Below, piece after piece: positions 16,568 through 26,342 of a DNA stretch of 32,000 nt. The notes under the pieces are model-generated. The model saw only the letters and a list, made by a program, of their open reading frames with translations, had not been told where the DNA came from and ran no database searches. The first letter of the stretch is position 1. Each line of letters begins with the position of its first letter. Location: the NCBI GenBank assembly GCA_005191425.1, contig SUPR01000004.1:1-32000 (forward strand), in the 5' to 3' direction. Origin of the DNA: Candidatus Helarchaeota ASGARD archaeon Hel_GB_B (GTDB lineage Archaea > Asgardarchaeota > Lokiarchaeia > Helarchaeales > HEL-GB-B). A program made the translations under genes and the position numbers.

Positions 16568-17305
16568 GTGCTAAGATACTATGATTTAAATGTAGAAATA
16601 GATATTAACAACGATTTTAATTCTATTGCTAAAAACCTTTTGTTTTATAAAGATCTTGGATACTATGGATTAGGAATTGTATATCCTTTAAATAAAATAA
16701 AAGAATTTAATGATTTAAGAAGAAGTTTGGAAGATGATAAATTCAAATTATATTCCAGGATAAATATTAAAGCAAAAAATATACAAGGATTAAAGTCCAT
16801 ATTAAAAAACATTAGAACAAAATATGATTTAATAGCAATTGAATGTTTTGATATTAATACTGCTCATTGGGCTATTCAAGATTCTAGACCGGATATAATT
16901 GTCCTCAACGATTTTGGTATAAATAATTATGGTTATTCAACAGCAAAATTATTAAGTAATAATAATAAAGCTCTTGAGTTATCTTTAAAATCATTGATTC
17001 GAGACCCATATTGGAGAAAATCGAAATTTTTAAGGGTGAATTCAAAAATTATGCAACATATCATAAAGGCTAAATCTTATTTTATTATAACTACAAACTC
17101 GAAAGCAGGTCATATATATTATATAAGGGCTCCAAGGGACTTGATGACTTTATTATACTTATTAGATGTACCAGAAAACATTGCAAAAAAGTCCGTTTCA
17201 GAGTTTCCTGAAAAAATTATCCTACAAGCTTTAGACAAAAAAAACCCTAATATAATTAGTAAAAATATACGCGTCATTAATAATAGAGGAAATAATGGAG
17301 AATGA
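16568..17305 (+). CDS. rnp3: RNase P protein component 3 (Rpp30 homolog)
   Basis: Starts MLRYYDLNV (the family typically starts ..YDL.V). It is 245 aa and immediately followed by, and overlapping, the Pop5 gene. GTG start. Divergent sequence, so moderate confidence. Confidence 0.65.
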   Translation: MLRYYDLNVEIDINNDFNSIAKNLLFYKDLGYYGLGIVYPLNKIKEFNDLRRSLEDDKFKLYSRINIKAKNIQGLKSILKNIRTKYDLIAIECFDINTAHWAIQDSRPDIIVLNDFGINNYGYSTAKLLSNNNKALELSLKSLIRDPYWRKSKFLRVNSKIMQHIIKAKSYFIITTNSKAGHIYYIRAPRDLMTLLYLLDVPENIAKKSVSEFPEKIILQALDKKNPNIISKNIRVINNRGNNGE

Positions 17306-17628
17306 AATTAGAAAAACATCGATTTGTGGTATTTAAATTCTATTCTGAGAACACTATTTTAAAAGATAATTTTATAAAAGGAATTTGGGACTCTATTTAT
17401 AAAATCTTTGGGTATAAAGGTGCATCTGAAACTGGTCTATGGATAATAGAATTTGATAATGTTAATAAGAAAGGGATTATCAGGTGTTCTGTGAAATCTC
17501 TTAATTATATTAAAATTGCATTAATTTTAACAACATATATTCCCAAAGATAATCCAGTAATGTTTCAAATTGTAGGTGTTTCGGGGACAATTAAAAAAGC
17601 AAAAGAAAAATTTTATAATGAATGCTAA
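17302..17628 (+). CDS. rnp2: RNase P protein component 2 (Pop5 homolog)
   Basis: KHRFVVFKF...IFGYKGASETGLWIIEF...GIIRCSVKS...VGVSGTIKKAKEKF matches the Pop5 pattern (RYI.FE, GIVRC, SGTIK). ATGA overlap with the upstream gene. Confidence 0.75.
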   Translation: MKLEKHRFVVFKFYSENTILKDNFIKGIWDSIYKIFGYKGASETGLWIIEFDNVNKKGIIRCSVKSLNYIKIALILTTYIPKDNPVMFQIVGVSGTIKKAKEKFYNEC

Positions 17629-17652
17629 AAATATTAATTTCCTAAAAAATTT

Positions 17653-18258
17653 TTATGTACCACGACGTTGGTGCGCTCTAATACTTGGCCTTAATTTTTC
17701 AGCGCCAATTCCTTTATTATATAATCCACGAGATTTTTTACCAGCTCCTGTTAATCCTCTAAAAACTCTTCTTCTATGCTGTTTCTCACATATCCAATTT
17801 ATTTTTGGATCATTTTTTATAACAGGATGGCTTGGGTCTACCATAATTATTTCATACCATTTATGTTTTCCGTCTTCAGCTACCCAATAGGAGTTTAATA
17901 CTTCCATATTTGGGTATTTTTTTGCTGCTCGTTCTTCTGCTATTCTTCTTAAATTTTTACGCATAGTTATTTTAGTTACACCTTGTTTTTTCGGCTTTCT
18001 ACCTCTTGAAGGTCGTGATTTTCTCCTTCCGCCCCTTCTGACCTTAGAACGTACAATAATATAACCTTGTTTAGCTTTGTAACCTAATTCTCTTGCTCTA
18101 GATATTTTTGTTGGTTTGTCTACTCTAACTACCGAACCCTCTCGGCGATATTTAATTAATCGCTCTCTCTGTAAATCTTTAATTGGGCTATTCTTAGCTT
18201 TTGCCCTATACCAAGTCTCAGAGATATATCTATAAGCTGATTTGACCAATGATATCAC
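17653..18258 (-). CDS. rpl15e: 50S ribosomal protein L15e
   Basis: [11 protein letters not shown]...[17 protein letters not shown]...[24 protein letters not shown] is diagnostic. The track start is GTG 18258. TTG 18249 (MVKSAY...) fits family N-termini better. Confidence 0.9.
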   Translation of the reverse strand: MISLVKSAYRYISETWYRAKAKNSPIKDLQRERLIKYRREGSVVRVDKPTKISRARELGYKAKQGYIIVRSKVRRGGRRKSRPSRGRKPKKQGVTKITMRKNLRRIAEERAAKKYPNMEVLNSYWVAEDGKHKWYEIIMVDPSHPVIKNDPKINWICEKQHRRRVFRGLTGAGKKSRGLYNKGIGAEKLRPSIRAHQRRGT

Positions 18259-18460
18259 TCTAATTTATATTAAAATAGTTAAATATTTTCAAATTGGAAC
18301 TTCTTATAAAAACTTTTTCAATTAAATATGAAATTAAATTTTTTCTTAATTAAATAATTTAATATCAACAACTAAGTATTCTATAAAAATTTATTGATTA
18401 ATTTAAAGATTGAATAATGACCTAGCTTTTTCCTCTAATATTAAAAGATAGCACTAAATA

Positions 18461-19060
18461 TTAATGTAATTTCCTAATTATAAATAAATAATCCTCTAAA
18501 TTTTCTGAATTTACATGAATATAATCAATTTTTTGTATTTTTTTGAGTAGATTTTCTACATATTTTAAAGTGAAAAACTTTTTATGAAATGAAATTAATA
18601 GAACCCCGTTATTCTTGTCTAAAATATCAAAGATAATCGTTAAATGTTTTTCAATATCTATTAAATTTTGCGCTACTGTTAAAGAAACACAAATATTTAT
18701 TTTCTCTGATTTCAATGGTAAATATTCAACATCGGCTAAAATTGTTGAATAATTATTATGCCTTAATTTAACCTGATTTTTATTAATTCCCTCTTTTAAC
18801 ATCATAATTGAAAAATCTAATCCAATATAGTAAAAATTATGACCTAACTTGCTTAAAAACTGCTCATAAACTATTAAAGTTCCACAACCAATATCTAAAA
18901 TTATTTCTTTGTTTTGAAAATCGTAAATTTTTTTTAGTTCATAAAAAAGAGCATTGAATTTTGCTTTTTGAATATTTTCATATCTCAAGTCATAATGATC
19001 GGCTGTTTGGTCATATTTACTTTTTATATCTTTTTTTTTAATTCCATTATATTTTTTCAC
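18461..19060 (-). CDS. class I SAM-dependent methyltransferase
   Basis: Motif I, ILDIGCGTL, preceded by YDQTADHYDLRY. 199 aa. The start overlaps the stop of the upstream longin-like gene by 4 nt. Substrate unknown. Confidence 0.7.
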   Translation of the reverse strand: MKKYNGIKKKDIKSKYDQTADHYDLRYENIQKAKFNALFYELKKIYDFQNKEIILDIGCGTLIVYEQFLSKLGHNFYYIGLDFSIMMLKEGINKNQVKLRHNNYSTILADVEYLPLKSEKINICVSLTVAQNLIDIEKHLTIIFDILDKNNGVLLISFHKKFFTLKYVENLLKKIQKIDYIHVNSENLEDYLFIIRKLH

Positions 19061-19764
19061 GCCACTTTTAAATCAATAATTTTTGTCCTCAAATTACTCA
19101 ATTCTCTATTTAATTTTTCTTCAGACATTTTTAAATTTTTAACATAATTTTCTAATTCCCTAATTCTCAGATCTTTTTTCTTAAGTTCTTTTATTAATTG
19201 TATATTTTCATCGATTAATGTATTTTGTGAATTTGATAAATTTTTCAACATTTTTAGTTGCTCAATTTGATATTTATAAGTATCCAATTCGTCTTTTAGT
19301 TTTAAAATCTCTTGATCTTTTTCAGAGATAATTTTATGATTTAATTTTTCAAGAGAAACCAATTTTTTAATATGATATAATAAAATTTTTGTATACAAAA
19401 TAGCCAAACGTGTTTCTATTTTTTGATAATCGTTATTTTTAATTAATGGTATTAATAATAACGCATTTTCTGTTAAAAAATTTTGATATTCTAATGCGTT
19501 TTCTTTTTCTGTTAAAATAAGCGACAAATAATAACACGCGTTTAGCTCATCTCTTAAATCAAAAAAATAGCTGGCAACATTAAGATCTTTACGAGAAATC
19601 ATTAAAAACCCACTTTTTAAACCACCCATCGAGTGAAATGTATAAATAGTCATTAAATCTTCAGTAGAAATCGAAAATAACCCTTCAGGGGGAAACTGAG
19701 CTTCTAACAAAGCACCAAGACCTATTTGGTCATCCCATTTAGCCAATATAATTCCATGTGGCAT
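19057..19764 (-). CDS. hypothetical protein: longin-like N-domain + C-terminal coiled coil
   Basis: The N-terminal ~105 aa aligns by eye with 10189-11913: GIILAKWDDQIG / GILVTRWDDKLG, ISTEDLMTIYTFHSMGG / ISEDHMMRIFTTHAMGG, GFLM / GFLS, LNVASYF / INIASYY, YYLSLIL / YYIALIL. The C-terminal ~95 aa has a heptad-like K/E/L-rich sequence. Confidence 0.6.
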   Translation of the reverse strand: MPHGIILAKWDDQIGLGALLEAQFPPEGLFSISTEDLMTIYTFHSMGGLKSGFLMISRKDLNVASYFFDLRDELNACYYLSLILTEKENALEYQNFLTENALLLIPLIKNNDYQKIETRLAILYTKILLYHIKKLVSLEKLNHKIISEKDQEILKLKDELDTYKYQIEQLKMLKNLSNSQNTLIDENIQLIKELKKKDLRIRELENYVKNLKMSEEKLNRELSNLRTKIIDLKVA

Positions 19765-19968
19765 TGAAGTTCCTCAATTTTATTCTCTTTTTTTTAAAAA
19801 GTAATTTAATTTTGTTTTTCATAATATTAATATTTCTTGGTAAATTCGTGGTAATTTACACTAGAAAGAATGACATCCAGATAAAAAAAGATTACTTATA
19901 TAAAAAATTGAGCCGATTTTTTAAATAAAATTATTTGTTTAAATATGAAAAGTAAAAAAAAGTTTAAA

Positions 19969-20616
19969 TTAGTATCCAAAAAATGTTGATAACGCCCAAT
20001 ATCCAGGATATGGTGATGGAATCGTTAGTAAGAACGCCTCAAATATACAAAGAAACATTACAAATAATTGTAATGGACCCCATCCTAATACCTTTCCCAT
20101 TAATTTTCCAATGTCTTCAATTAATTTAAATGCCATATAACAGAACAATAAGATCAAGACATATATTATTATCATAACCCATGTCGGATTAAATCCAAGT
20201 CCTTGGAAAAAATTCAAGACAAAATTAAACTGAAACGCTATCAATGAAATTACAATCAGTCCAGCAATAATACCAATAATAGCAGCCCACGGCAGGTCAT
20301 TAATTGGTTTTAATAACAATCCAAGTCCAACAATAATTAATAATACAATTGTTGATGTATGAGCTGCTCCAGATGAAGCAATGGAATTTGACCATAAAAT
20401 GAACCCCGCGCCCGTAGCAAAAATACCTACGATAATACCCAAAATACTTGCTAAAATTTCTGTCCATCTTACCTTTTCATCTTCTTCTCTTTTACCCTGA
20501 AATATTCTGATAAAAAACCACGACCCCGCTGATAACCCTGCTAAAAGTAATGTAATATTCGAATACGTCGCAAAAAATTGAAATAAACTTACCATTAATG
20601 TTAGAAAATCTTGCAT
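19969..20616 (-). CDS. hypothetical polytopic membrane protein
   Basis: 215 aa with about 6 hydrophobic, Gly/Ala-containing segments. Its codon composition is less AT-skewed than the flanking spacers. No recognisable family. Confidence 0.55.
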   Translation of the reverse strand: MQDFLTLMVSLFQFFATYSNITLLLAGLSAGSWFFIRIFQGKREEDEKVRWTEILASILGIIVGIFATGAGFILWSNSIASSGAAHTSTIVLLIIVGLGLLLKPINDLPWAAIIGIIAGLIVISLIAFQFNFVLNFFQGLGFNPTWVMIIIYVLILLFCYMAFKLIEDIGKLMGKVLGWGPLQLFVMFLCIFEAFLLTIPSPYPGYWALSTFFGY

Positions 20617-21170
20617 TTTACCTCAATGATATTTAAGTAAAATAGATTTTATAAAGTTTTGTAAATAATTAAATCACTTGAAATTTGCTAATTGGGAATA
20701 TAAAAATATTATAAAGGTTATTTGATATATTCACTACCTCTTATATTTAATTATTTCACTAATTTTTCAATTTTATTCAATTATACTCTTGAATGTTGTT
20801 GAAATTAAATGTCTTTTTGTGTATAATTTTTATTTTAATTCTATTTTTTTTCATTCTAATTTTATATATAAACTTAAACAAATTTTTTATAAAATAAGTA
20901 AATTAAAACGAACAACTAATATCTAACAATATAATATCTAACAGTATTTAATCGACAGTTTCTCTAAAATTGATTTTATGTTTATAAATTAAATTTTAAA
21001 TCTATTATCTTCTGACCAATTTGAATATTTTTGAATCATAAATTTGCTTTTTTCCTTAGAAAATTACAAACTAAAGAGAAAAAGATTTTTATTTTTCTAT
21101 TGACAATGATCAATTACTATTTAATTGAAATAAAATAAAAGGAAAAAGGCATAATTTTAGTGATTATCTT

Positions 21171-21593
21171 ATGACTATCAAGGAAAAAAAAGCAAGATCA
21201 AACGATGAATCTAAAGTTAAAGAGAAAAAGATGATGAAAGTTACTTATATTTTGTGCAGTTTTCTTTCAATTATTCTAATTTTAGTCTTAATTTTGTTTA
21301 AAATATATTATTCTCAACTTTCTGATATACTTGAACTTGTAAATCCACTTTTTTTTGGCTTTTTAAGGGTATTATTTTCGATTGGTACTTTTATTTTTGC
21401 TTATTTAGCGTTAGCAAACTATTTAGAATATAAAAGACAAGTTATTGGCTGGGGATTTACGATTTTTCTATTGGTTGTCTTAGCAATATTTATATATTTT
21501 ATGTTTGATTTTCCTTTAGCCCCTACTGAAATGATGTTAAGTTTAGTTGGTAGTAGTCTTTTTGTATTTTATTTATATATAATACAAGATTAG
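21171..21593 (+). CDS. hypothetical membrane protein
   Basis: 140 aa with a Lys-rich N-terminus followed by about 4 hydrophobic segments. No recognisable family. Confidence 0.45.
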   Translation: MTIKEKKARSNDESKVKEKKMMKVTYILCSFLSIILILVLILFKIYYSQLSDILELVNPLFFGFLRVLFSIGTFIFAYLALANYLEYKRQVIGWGFTIFLLVVLAIFIYFMFDFPLAPTEMMLSLVGSSLFVFYLYIIQD

Positions 21594-21953
21594 TTACTCT
21601 TTTTATAATGTGTCGATTTATACTAAATAAATCAATTTTTATTAAAATTATTTAATATTTTTATTTTTAATGAGCCGATTCACTTATAATTTAATTATAT
21701 TTGGGAATTAGGAGATTTAATAAAGAAGTATTAATAAAATTTAAATTTAAAGAAAAAATAATAAGAATTCAAAACAAACCAAAAAAATAAAATTATTGAT
21801 GAACAAAATATTAAATATTCGAATAAAAGAATCGATCAAAAATTAACATTAAAAGATAATTATACATGATTCGAATATATAGAATTAGATCGATAAAAAA
21901 ACAAAAATAGTTTAAATAATAATATTAAAAAATAATTGGAGTGAAAATATAAA

Positions 21954-22670
21954 ATGTTTACACCAGCTGGTCTAGGATATGATCGAGCTATTACAATTTT
22001 TAGTCCTGATGGTAGATTATTTCAAGTTGAATATGCAATAGAAGCAGTCCGTAGAGGGACTACTGCTATAGGTATATGTTATAAAGATGGAGTGGTTCTT
22101 GTTGTGGAAAAAAGAATATTAGATTTACAAGAACCAGATTCTATTGAAAAAATATTTAAAATAGATAATCACATCGGGTGTGCAATTGCTGGGTTAACAG
22201 CTGACGCTCGAGTTTTAATAGATCAAGCTCGAATCGAATGTCAAATTAATCTTCTCACTTATGATGAACCAATAAGTGTAAAAAGACTGACAAAAAAAGT
22301 TTGTGAATTAAAACAGAAATATACACAATATGCTGGAGTACGCCCATTTGGAGTTTCTCTTTTAATTGCCGGTGTTGATGATGTTGATGGGCCAAGCATC
22401 TATATGACTGACCCTTCAGGTGCATATTGGGGATATTACGCAACAGCAATTGGAGCAGGGGCACAAAGCGTTAGAGAAATTTTAGAAAAAGAATATAAAA
22501 AAGATTTATCAAAGGATGAAGCAATACTTTTAACTTTGAAATGTTTGAAATCTATTCTTGATGAAGAATTAGACCCCTCAAAAGCTGAAATAGCTTTAGT
22601 TGATGCATCGGATAAAACATTCAAGATTTTGCCCCCAGACGAATTGAAAAATTATGTTGATAAATTATAA
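21954..22670 (+). CDS. psmA: proteasome subunit alpha
   Basis: GYDRAITIFSPDGRLFQVEYA is the alpha-subunit signature. 238 aa. Confidence 0.95.
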   Translation: MFTPAGLGYDRAITIFSPDGRLFQVEYAIEAVRRGTTAIGICYKDGVVLVVEKRILDLQEPDSIEKIFKIDNHIGCAIAGLTADARVLIDQARIECQINLLTYDEPISVKRLTKKVCELKQKYTQYAGVRPFGVSLLIAGVDDVDGPSIYMTDPSGAYWGYYATAIGAGAQSVREILEKEYKKDLSKDEAILLTLKCLKSILDEELDPSKAEIALVDASDKTFKILPPDELKNYVDKL

Positions 22671-22703
22671 TTTTTATTATAATTTTTAGGAAGTTAGGAT
22701 GTA

Positions 22704-23420
22704 TTGTCGGGTATTCGTGGAGATAAAAGAATAGATATTGGAAAAAATATAATTGCAAGTTATGAAGAAAAAGGGTTGAAATTTGAAATAATAGTAGACC
22801 CTGATAAATCTTGGGAATATCGAGATGGAAAAGACATTGATTTATCTAATGTACTTATTGGATACACTATATTTGAAGATGTCATGCGTGGAGAAAGGGC
22901 AAATGTTGAAGATTTAATTGATATTTTTGGCACTGATGATGTATTTAAAATAGCAGATAAAATTCTAAAAGAAGGAAATATTCAGCTTACAAAAGAACGA
23001 AGGAAAAGGTTACTGGAAGAAAAAAGGAAATTATTAATTAATTATTTGATTAAAAATAGTATTGACCCCACAAAAAATCTCCCGCATCCCCCGGCAAGAA
23101 TCGAGAGAGCTATTGAAGAAGCTAAAGTCCATATCGATCCATTTTTGGATATTAAAAAGCAAGCAGAAAATGTTGTCTCAAAAATTTCTTCTATAATTCC
23201 CATTAGATTAGAAGTATTACGAATTGCTCTAAAAATTCCAAGTAAATTTTCTGCAAAATCATATGGAATAATTGAAAAATATGGGACAATTGAAAAAGAT
23301 GAATGGCAAAAAGATGGTTCATGGATTGTCATTGTCCAACTTCCTTCTGGACTACAACAGAAATTAATTGATGACATGAATAATTTAACAAAAGGAAAAT
23401 TTGAATTAAAAAGATTATAA
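22704..23420 (+). CDS. ribosome maturation protein SBDS/Sdo1 homolog
   Basis: IASYEEKGLKFEIIVDPDKSWEYRDG matches the SBDS N-terminal (FYSH) domain. The ~238 aa length and the conserved position between psmA and rrp4 also fit. TTG start. Confidence 0.85.
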   Translation: MSGIRGDKRIDIGKNIIASYEEKGLKFEIIVDPDKSWEYRDGKDIDLSNVLIGYTIFEDVMRGERANVEDLIDIFGTDDVFKIADKILKEGNIQLTKERRKRLLEEKRKLLINYLIKNSIDPTKNLPHPPARIERAIEEAKVHIDPFLDIKKQAENVVSKISSIIPIRLEVLRIALKIPSKFSAKSYGIIEKYGTIEKDEWQKDGSWIVIVQLPSGLQQKLIDDMNNLTKGKFELKRL

Positions 23421-23504
23421 CAATAATTCGATTGGATTACCTATATACCAAATATTTACACTCCTTTTATTTTTTAAACAATAAAAGTTACTGTAGTGAA
23501 AATC

Positions 23505-24323
23505 ATGTTTGATGAAGACAATTTCAACGAAAATGGAGAATTAAATAATTTGAATAAAGACGAAGAGAATAAAATAAAATCCGAAATTGGAAATAATGAA
23601 ACCAAAAGTGAAAAAGAAGAAGAACCAAGTAGAAAATTAGTAATGCCTGGTGAATTACTTAATGAAGGAAATTATAAAGCAGGTATAGGCACTTATATAG
23701 CTGATAAAAAGATTTATGCTGCAACTCTAGGTTTATTAGAAATAAAAGGGCAGTATGTTAATGTAATTCCAATTAAAGGACCATATATACCCAAGGTGGG
23801 TGATTCTGTTATAGGAATGGTAATTAATACATCTATTGTATCTTGGAAAGTTGACATTTTTTCACCTTATATTGCGACTTTACACGCAACAAATTACCTA
23901 AATAGACCATTTAACCCCCTTAGAGACGATATTAGACAATATATTGACATTGGTGATACTATTTATGCAGAAATAATATCTTTTAATAGGACAAGAGATC
24001 CTGTTTTATCAGTACGAAATAAAGGACTGGGTAAATTAAAAGGTGGTCGGTTAATTCATATGGTACCTACTAAAGTCCCAAGATTGATTGGTAGGAGAGG
24101 TTCTATGATTAATTTAATAAAAGATTATACCCATTGTAAATTTAAAATTGGTCAAAATGGGGTAATTTGGCTTCAAGGAAATAAATTTGAGGACGAATTT
24201 TTAGTTGTTAAAATAATTAGGAAAATTGAGAGAGAAGCACACACATTGGGTTTAACTGATCGTATAAAAGAATTTATTGAAAAAGAAAAGAAACGGAGTG
24301 ATGTTGATAATGGAGTTAATTAA
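23505..24323 (+). CDS. rrp4: exosome complex RNA-binding subunit Rrp4 (S1 + KH)
   Basis: VMPGELL...GDSVIGMV (S1) and RLIGRRGSMINLIK (KH, GxxG) are present. A ~45-aa low-complexity N/E/K-rich N-terminal extension is unusual. GTG 23496 is the alternative start. Confidence 0.9.
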   Translation: MFDEDNFNENGELNNLNKDEENKIKSEIGNNETKSEKEEEPSRKLVMPGELLNEGNYKAGIGTYIADKKIYAATLGLLEIKGQYVNVIPIKGPYIPKVGDSVIGMVINTSIVSWKVDIFSPYIATLHATNYLNRPFNPLRDDIRQYIDIGDTIYAEIISFNRTRDPVLSVRNKGLGKLKGGRLIHMVPTKVPRLIGRRGSMINLIKDYTHCKFKIGQNGVIWLQGNKFEDEFLVVKIIRKIEREAHTLGLTDRIKEFIEKEKKRSDVDNGVN

Positions 24324-25071
24324 GTTAGAAAAACCTGAAAAATTAATAGATGAAAATAACATTAGAGTGGATGGGAGAAAATTAAATGATTTAAGACCTA
24401 TTAAAATGGAAGTAGGTGTTTTACCCAAAGCAAATGGTTCAGCTTATGTGGAAATGGGCGGTAATAAAATACTAGCTTCTGTTTATGGCCCAAGAGAGGT
24501 ACATCCACGTCATTTAGCTGAATCAAATAAAGCTGTTTTTAGATGTTTATATAGAATGGCTACATTTTCAGTTGATGAGAGAAAAAGCCCCGCACCTAGT
24601 AGAAGAGAAAATGAATTATCTATGGTCATTGGGCAGGCTTTGGAACCTGCAATATTTCTAAATTATTATCCTAAAACTATGATCGAATGCACTATTCTAG
24701 TAATTCAAGCTGATGGGGGCACAAGATGCGCAAGTATTAACGCTGCTTCGCTAGCATTAGCTGATGCTGGAATTGCAATGCGCGGATTAGTTTCTGCAGT
24801 GGCAATTGGTAAAGCTGATGGCAAATTAATTGTAGATTTAAATAATGTTGAAGACCAATTTGGCGAAGGTGATTTACCAATAGCAATATTATATCCATTA
24901 AAAGAAGTTTCATTGATTCAATTTGATGGAATACTGACAAACGAAGAATTCCAGCAATGCATTAATTTAGCCTATGATGCGTGCGAGATTATTTTCAATA
25001 AACAAATAGAAGCACTTCATAAAAGATATTCTAAAGAAATTATTGAAAAGGACAATAAAAAGGAGGCATAA
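24310..25071 (+). CDS. rrp41: exosome complex exonuclease Rrp41 (RNase PH domain)
   Basis: RVDGRKLNDLRPIKMEVGVLPKANGSAYVEMGGNKILASVYGPRE is the RNase PH signature. ATG 24310, with GGAG about 10 nt upstream, is preferred. The track start is TTG 24277. Confidence 0.9.
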   Translation: MELIKLEKPEKLIDENNIRVDGRKLNDLRPIKMEVGVLPKANGSAYVEMGGNKILASVYGPREVHPRHLAESNKAVFRCLYRMATFSVDERKSPAPSRRENELSMVIGQALEPAIFLNYYPKTMIECTILVIQADGGTRCASINAASLALADAGIAMRGLVSAVAIGKADGKLIVDLNNVEDQFGEGDLPIAILYPLKEVSLIQFDGILTNEEFQQCINLAYDACEIIFNKQIEALHKRYSKEIIEKDNKKEA

Positions 25072-25075
25072 GTAT

Positions 25076-25906
25076 ATGAGTTCATATGATGTTATACCTG
25101 AAATTGAGAAAAATTATATTAAAGAATTGTTATCAAAAGGTAAAAGACTTGATGGTAGGGCATTAGACGAATTTAGAGAAATTAAAATAGAGAAAGATAT
25201 AATTAAAAAAGCAGAAGCTTCTGCCCGAGTTACTATCGGAAATACTATTGTTATTATCGGTATAAAAGTTTCAGCTGGGCCTCCATATCCTGACAGTCCA
25301 GATTCTGGAGTAGTTACAATCAATGCTGAATTACTACCTTTGGCATCATCACATTTTGAATCAGGTCCGCCGAGCGCATTTGCTATTGAAGTTGCAAGAG
25401 TTTGCGATAGAGGGATTAGACATTCTGATATTATCGATAAAACAACCTTATGTATAATTGAAGGTGAGATCGTTTACATTATTTTTGGGGACATATACGC
25501 AATCAGTTTTGACGGCAATTTATTTGATGCAGGTGAATTAGCATTAACTACAGCATTAAGCTCTCTTAAAATACCTGAATATGAAATAATAGAATCTGAA
25601 AATGGTAAAAAGGAAGTTAATTTTATTAATTCGTGGAAAAAAGTTGAAGTTAATGATATTCCTGTTAGCATTTCTATTGGTAAAATTGGTAAAACCCTTT
25701 TCATAGACCCTGATGAAAAAGAAGAATTAGCACTCGACTCACGAATTACCTTTACTTTTAATAAAAATAACGAGCTGATATCACTTCAAAAAGGTTTAAG
25801 CGGACACTTTTCAAAAGAAGAAATACTTAAAGGTATGGAAATGGCTTTATCAAAAGTCGATATGTTGAGAAACAAAGTAATTGAATGCATTAAAGATTTT
25901 GAATAG
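25076..25906 (+). CDS. rrp42: exosome complex subunit Rrp42 (RNase PH-like, inactive)
   Basis: GKRLDGRALDEFREIKIE and the position after rrp41. ATG 25076 has AGGAGG upstream and lies 4 nt after the rrp41 stop. The track start TTG 25043 is less likely. Confidence 0.9.
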   Translation: MSSYDVIPEIEKNYIKELLSKGKRLDGRALDEFREIKIEKDIIKKAEASARVTIGNTIVIIGIKVSAGPPYPDSPDSGVVTINAELLPLASSHFESGPPSAFAIEVARVCDRGIRHSDIIDKTTLCIIEGEIVYIIFGDIYAISFDGNLFDAGELALTTALSSLKIPEYEIIESENGKKEVNFINSWKKVEVNDIPVSISIGKIGKTLFIDPDEKEELALDSRITFTFNKNNELISLQKGLSGHFSKEEILKGMEMALSKVDMLRNKVIECIKDFE

Positions 25907-26044
25907 AAATTTTTTTTTAATTTTTATTTATTTTGTACTTTCCTTTAATTATAGAGTTAATTTTACGACACAACAAAATATTTTTAAGATTTGTTATTAA
26001 TTTGAAAAAGTACAATTATTCCAATAATATGGATGTATAATAAA

Positions 26045-26302
26045 ATGACAAGAAGAACAAAAAAGGTCTTAATGACCGGTCGGTTTGGAACGAGATATGG
26101 TGCTACTCTTAGAAAAAGAGTAAAAACAATTGAATTAAAATCAAGATCAAAATTCAGATGTCCTATTTGTAGAGTAAAAGCTGTAAAAAGAAAATCTAGT
26201 GGCATATGGGAATGTCAAAAATGTGGCCATGTAATGACTGGTGGTGCTTGGGTATTAGAAACTGCTGAAGGAAAAAGATCTAAAAGAATCTTGAGGAAAT
26301 GA
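26045..26302 (+). CDS. rpl37ae: 50S ribosomal protein L37Ae (eL43)
   Basis: MTRRTKKVLMTGRFGTRYGATLRKR plus the zinc ribbon CPIC...CQKCG. ATG 26045 fits family N-termini; ATG 26033 is the alternative. Confidence 0.9.
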   Translation: MTRRTKKVLMTGRFGTRYGATLRKRVKTIELKSRSKFRCPICRVKAVKRKSSGIWECQKCGHVMTGGAWVLETAEGKRSKRILRK

Positions 26303-26342
26303 TCGACATTTAATCCATAATATAATTTTAAAAGGCAATTAT

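Noticed and set aside
17576-17890. 104-aa plus-strand ORF spanning the Pop5 end and the L15e gene
   Set aside because: It lies mostly antisense to the unmistakable L15e gene.
19909-19918. 10-mer tgagccgatt shared between this spacer and the one at 21671-21680
   Set aside because: A single exact 10-mer match within 32 kb is expected by chance many times over, and there is no extended similarity around it.
20793-20897. 34-codon hydrophobic mini-ORF (MLLKLNVFLCIIFILILFFFILILYINLNKFFIK)
   Set aside because: T-rich spacer DNA yields F/I/L-rich ORFs by chance, and there is no ribosome-binding site or conservation evidence.
20917-20943. 12-nt direct repeat taatatctaaca, two copies with 15-nt period, in a divergent spacer
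   Set aside because: It is a short near-pure A/T tandem duplication, of the kind produced by slippage in low-complexity DNA. No further copies were seen.
22255-22624. Two minus-strand ORFs (69 and 62 aa) inside psmA
   Set aside because: Antisense to the proteasome alpha gene.
23042-23377. 111-aa minus-strand ORF inside the SBDS gene
   Set aside because: Antisense shadow ORF.
24737-25704. Three minus-strand ORFs (67, 69 and 76 aa) inside rrp41 and rrp42
   Set aside because: Antisense to motif-supported exosome genes.
25984-26205. 73-aa minus-strand ORF opposite rpl37ae
   Set aside because: Antisense to the ribosomal protein gene.
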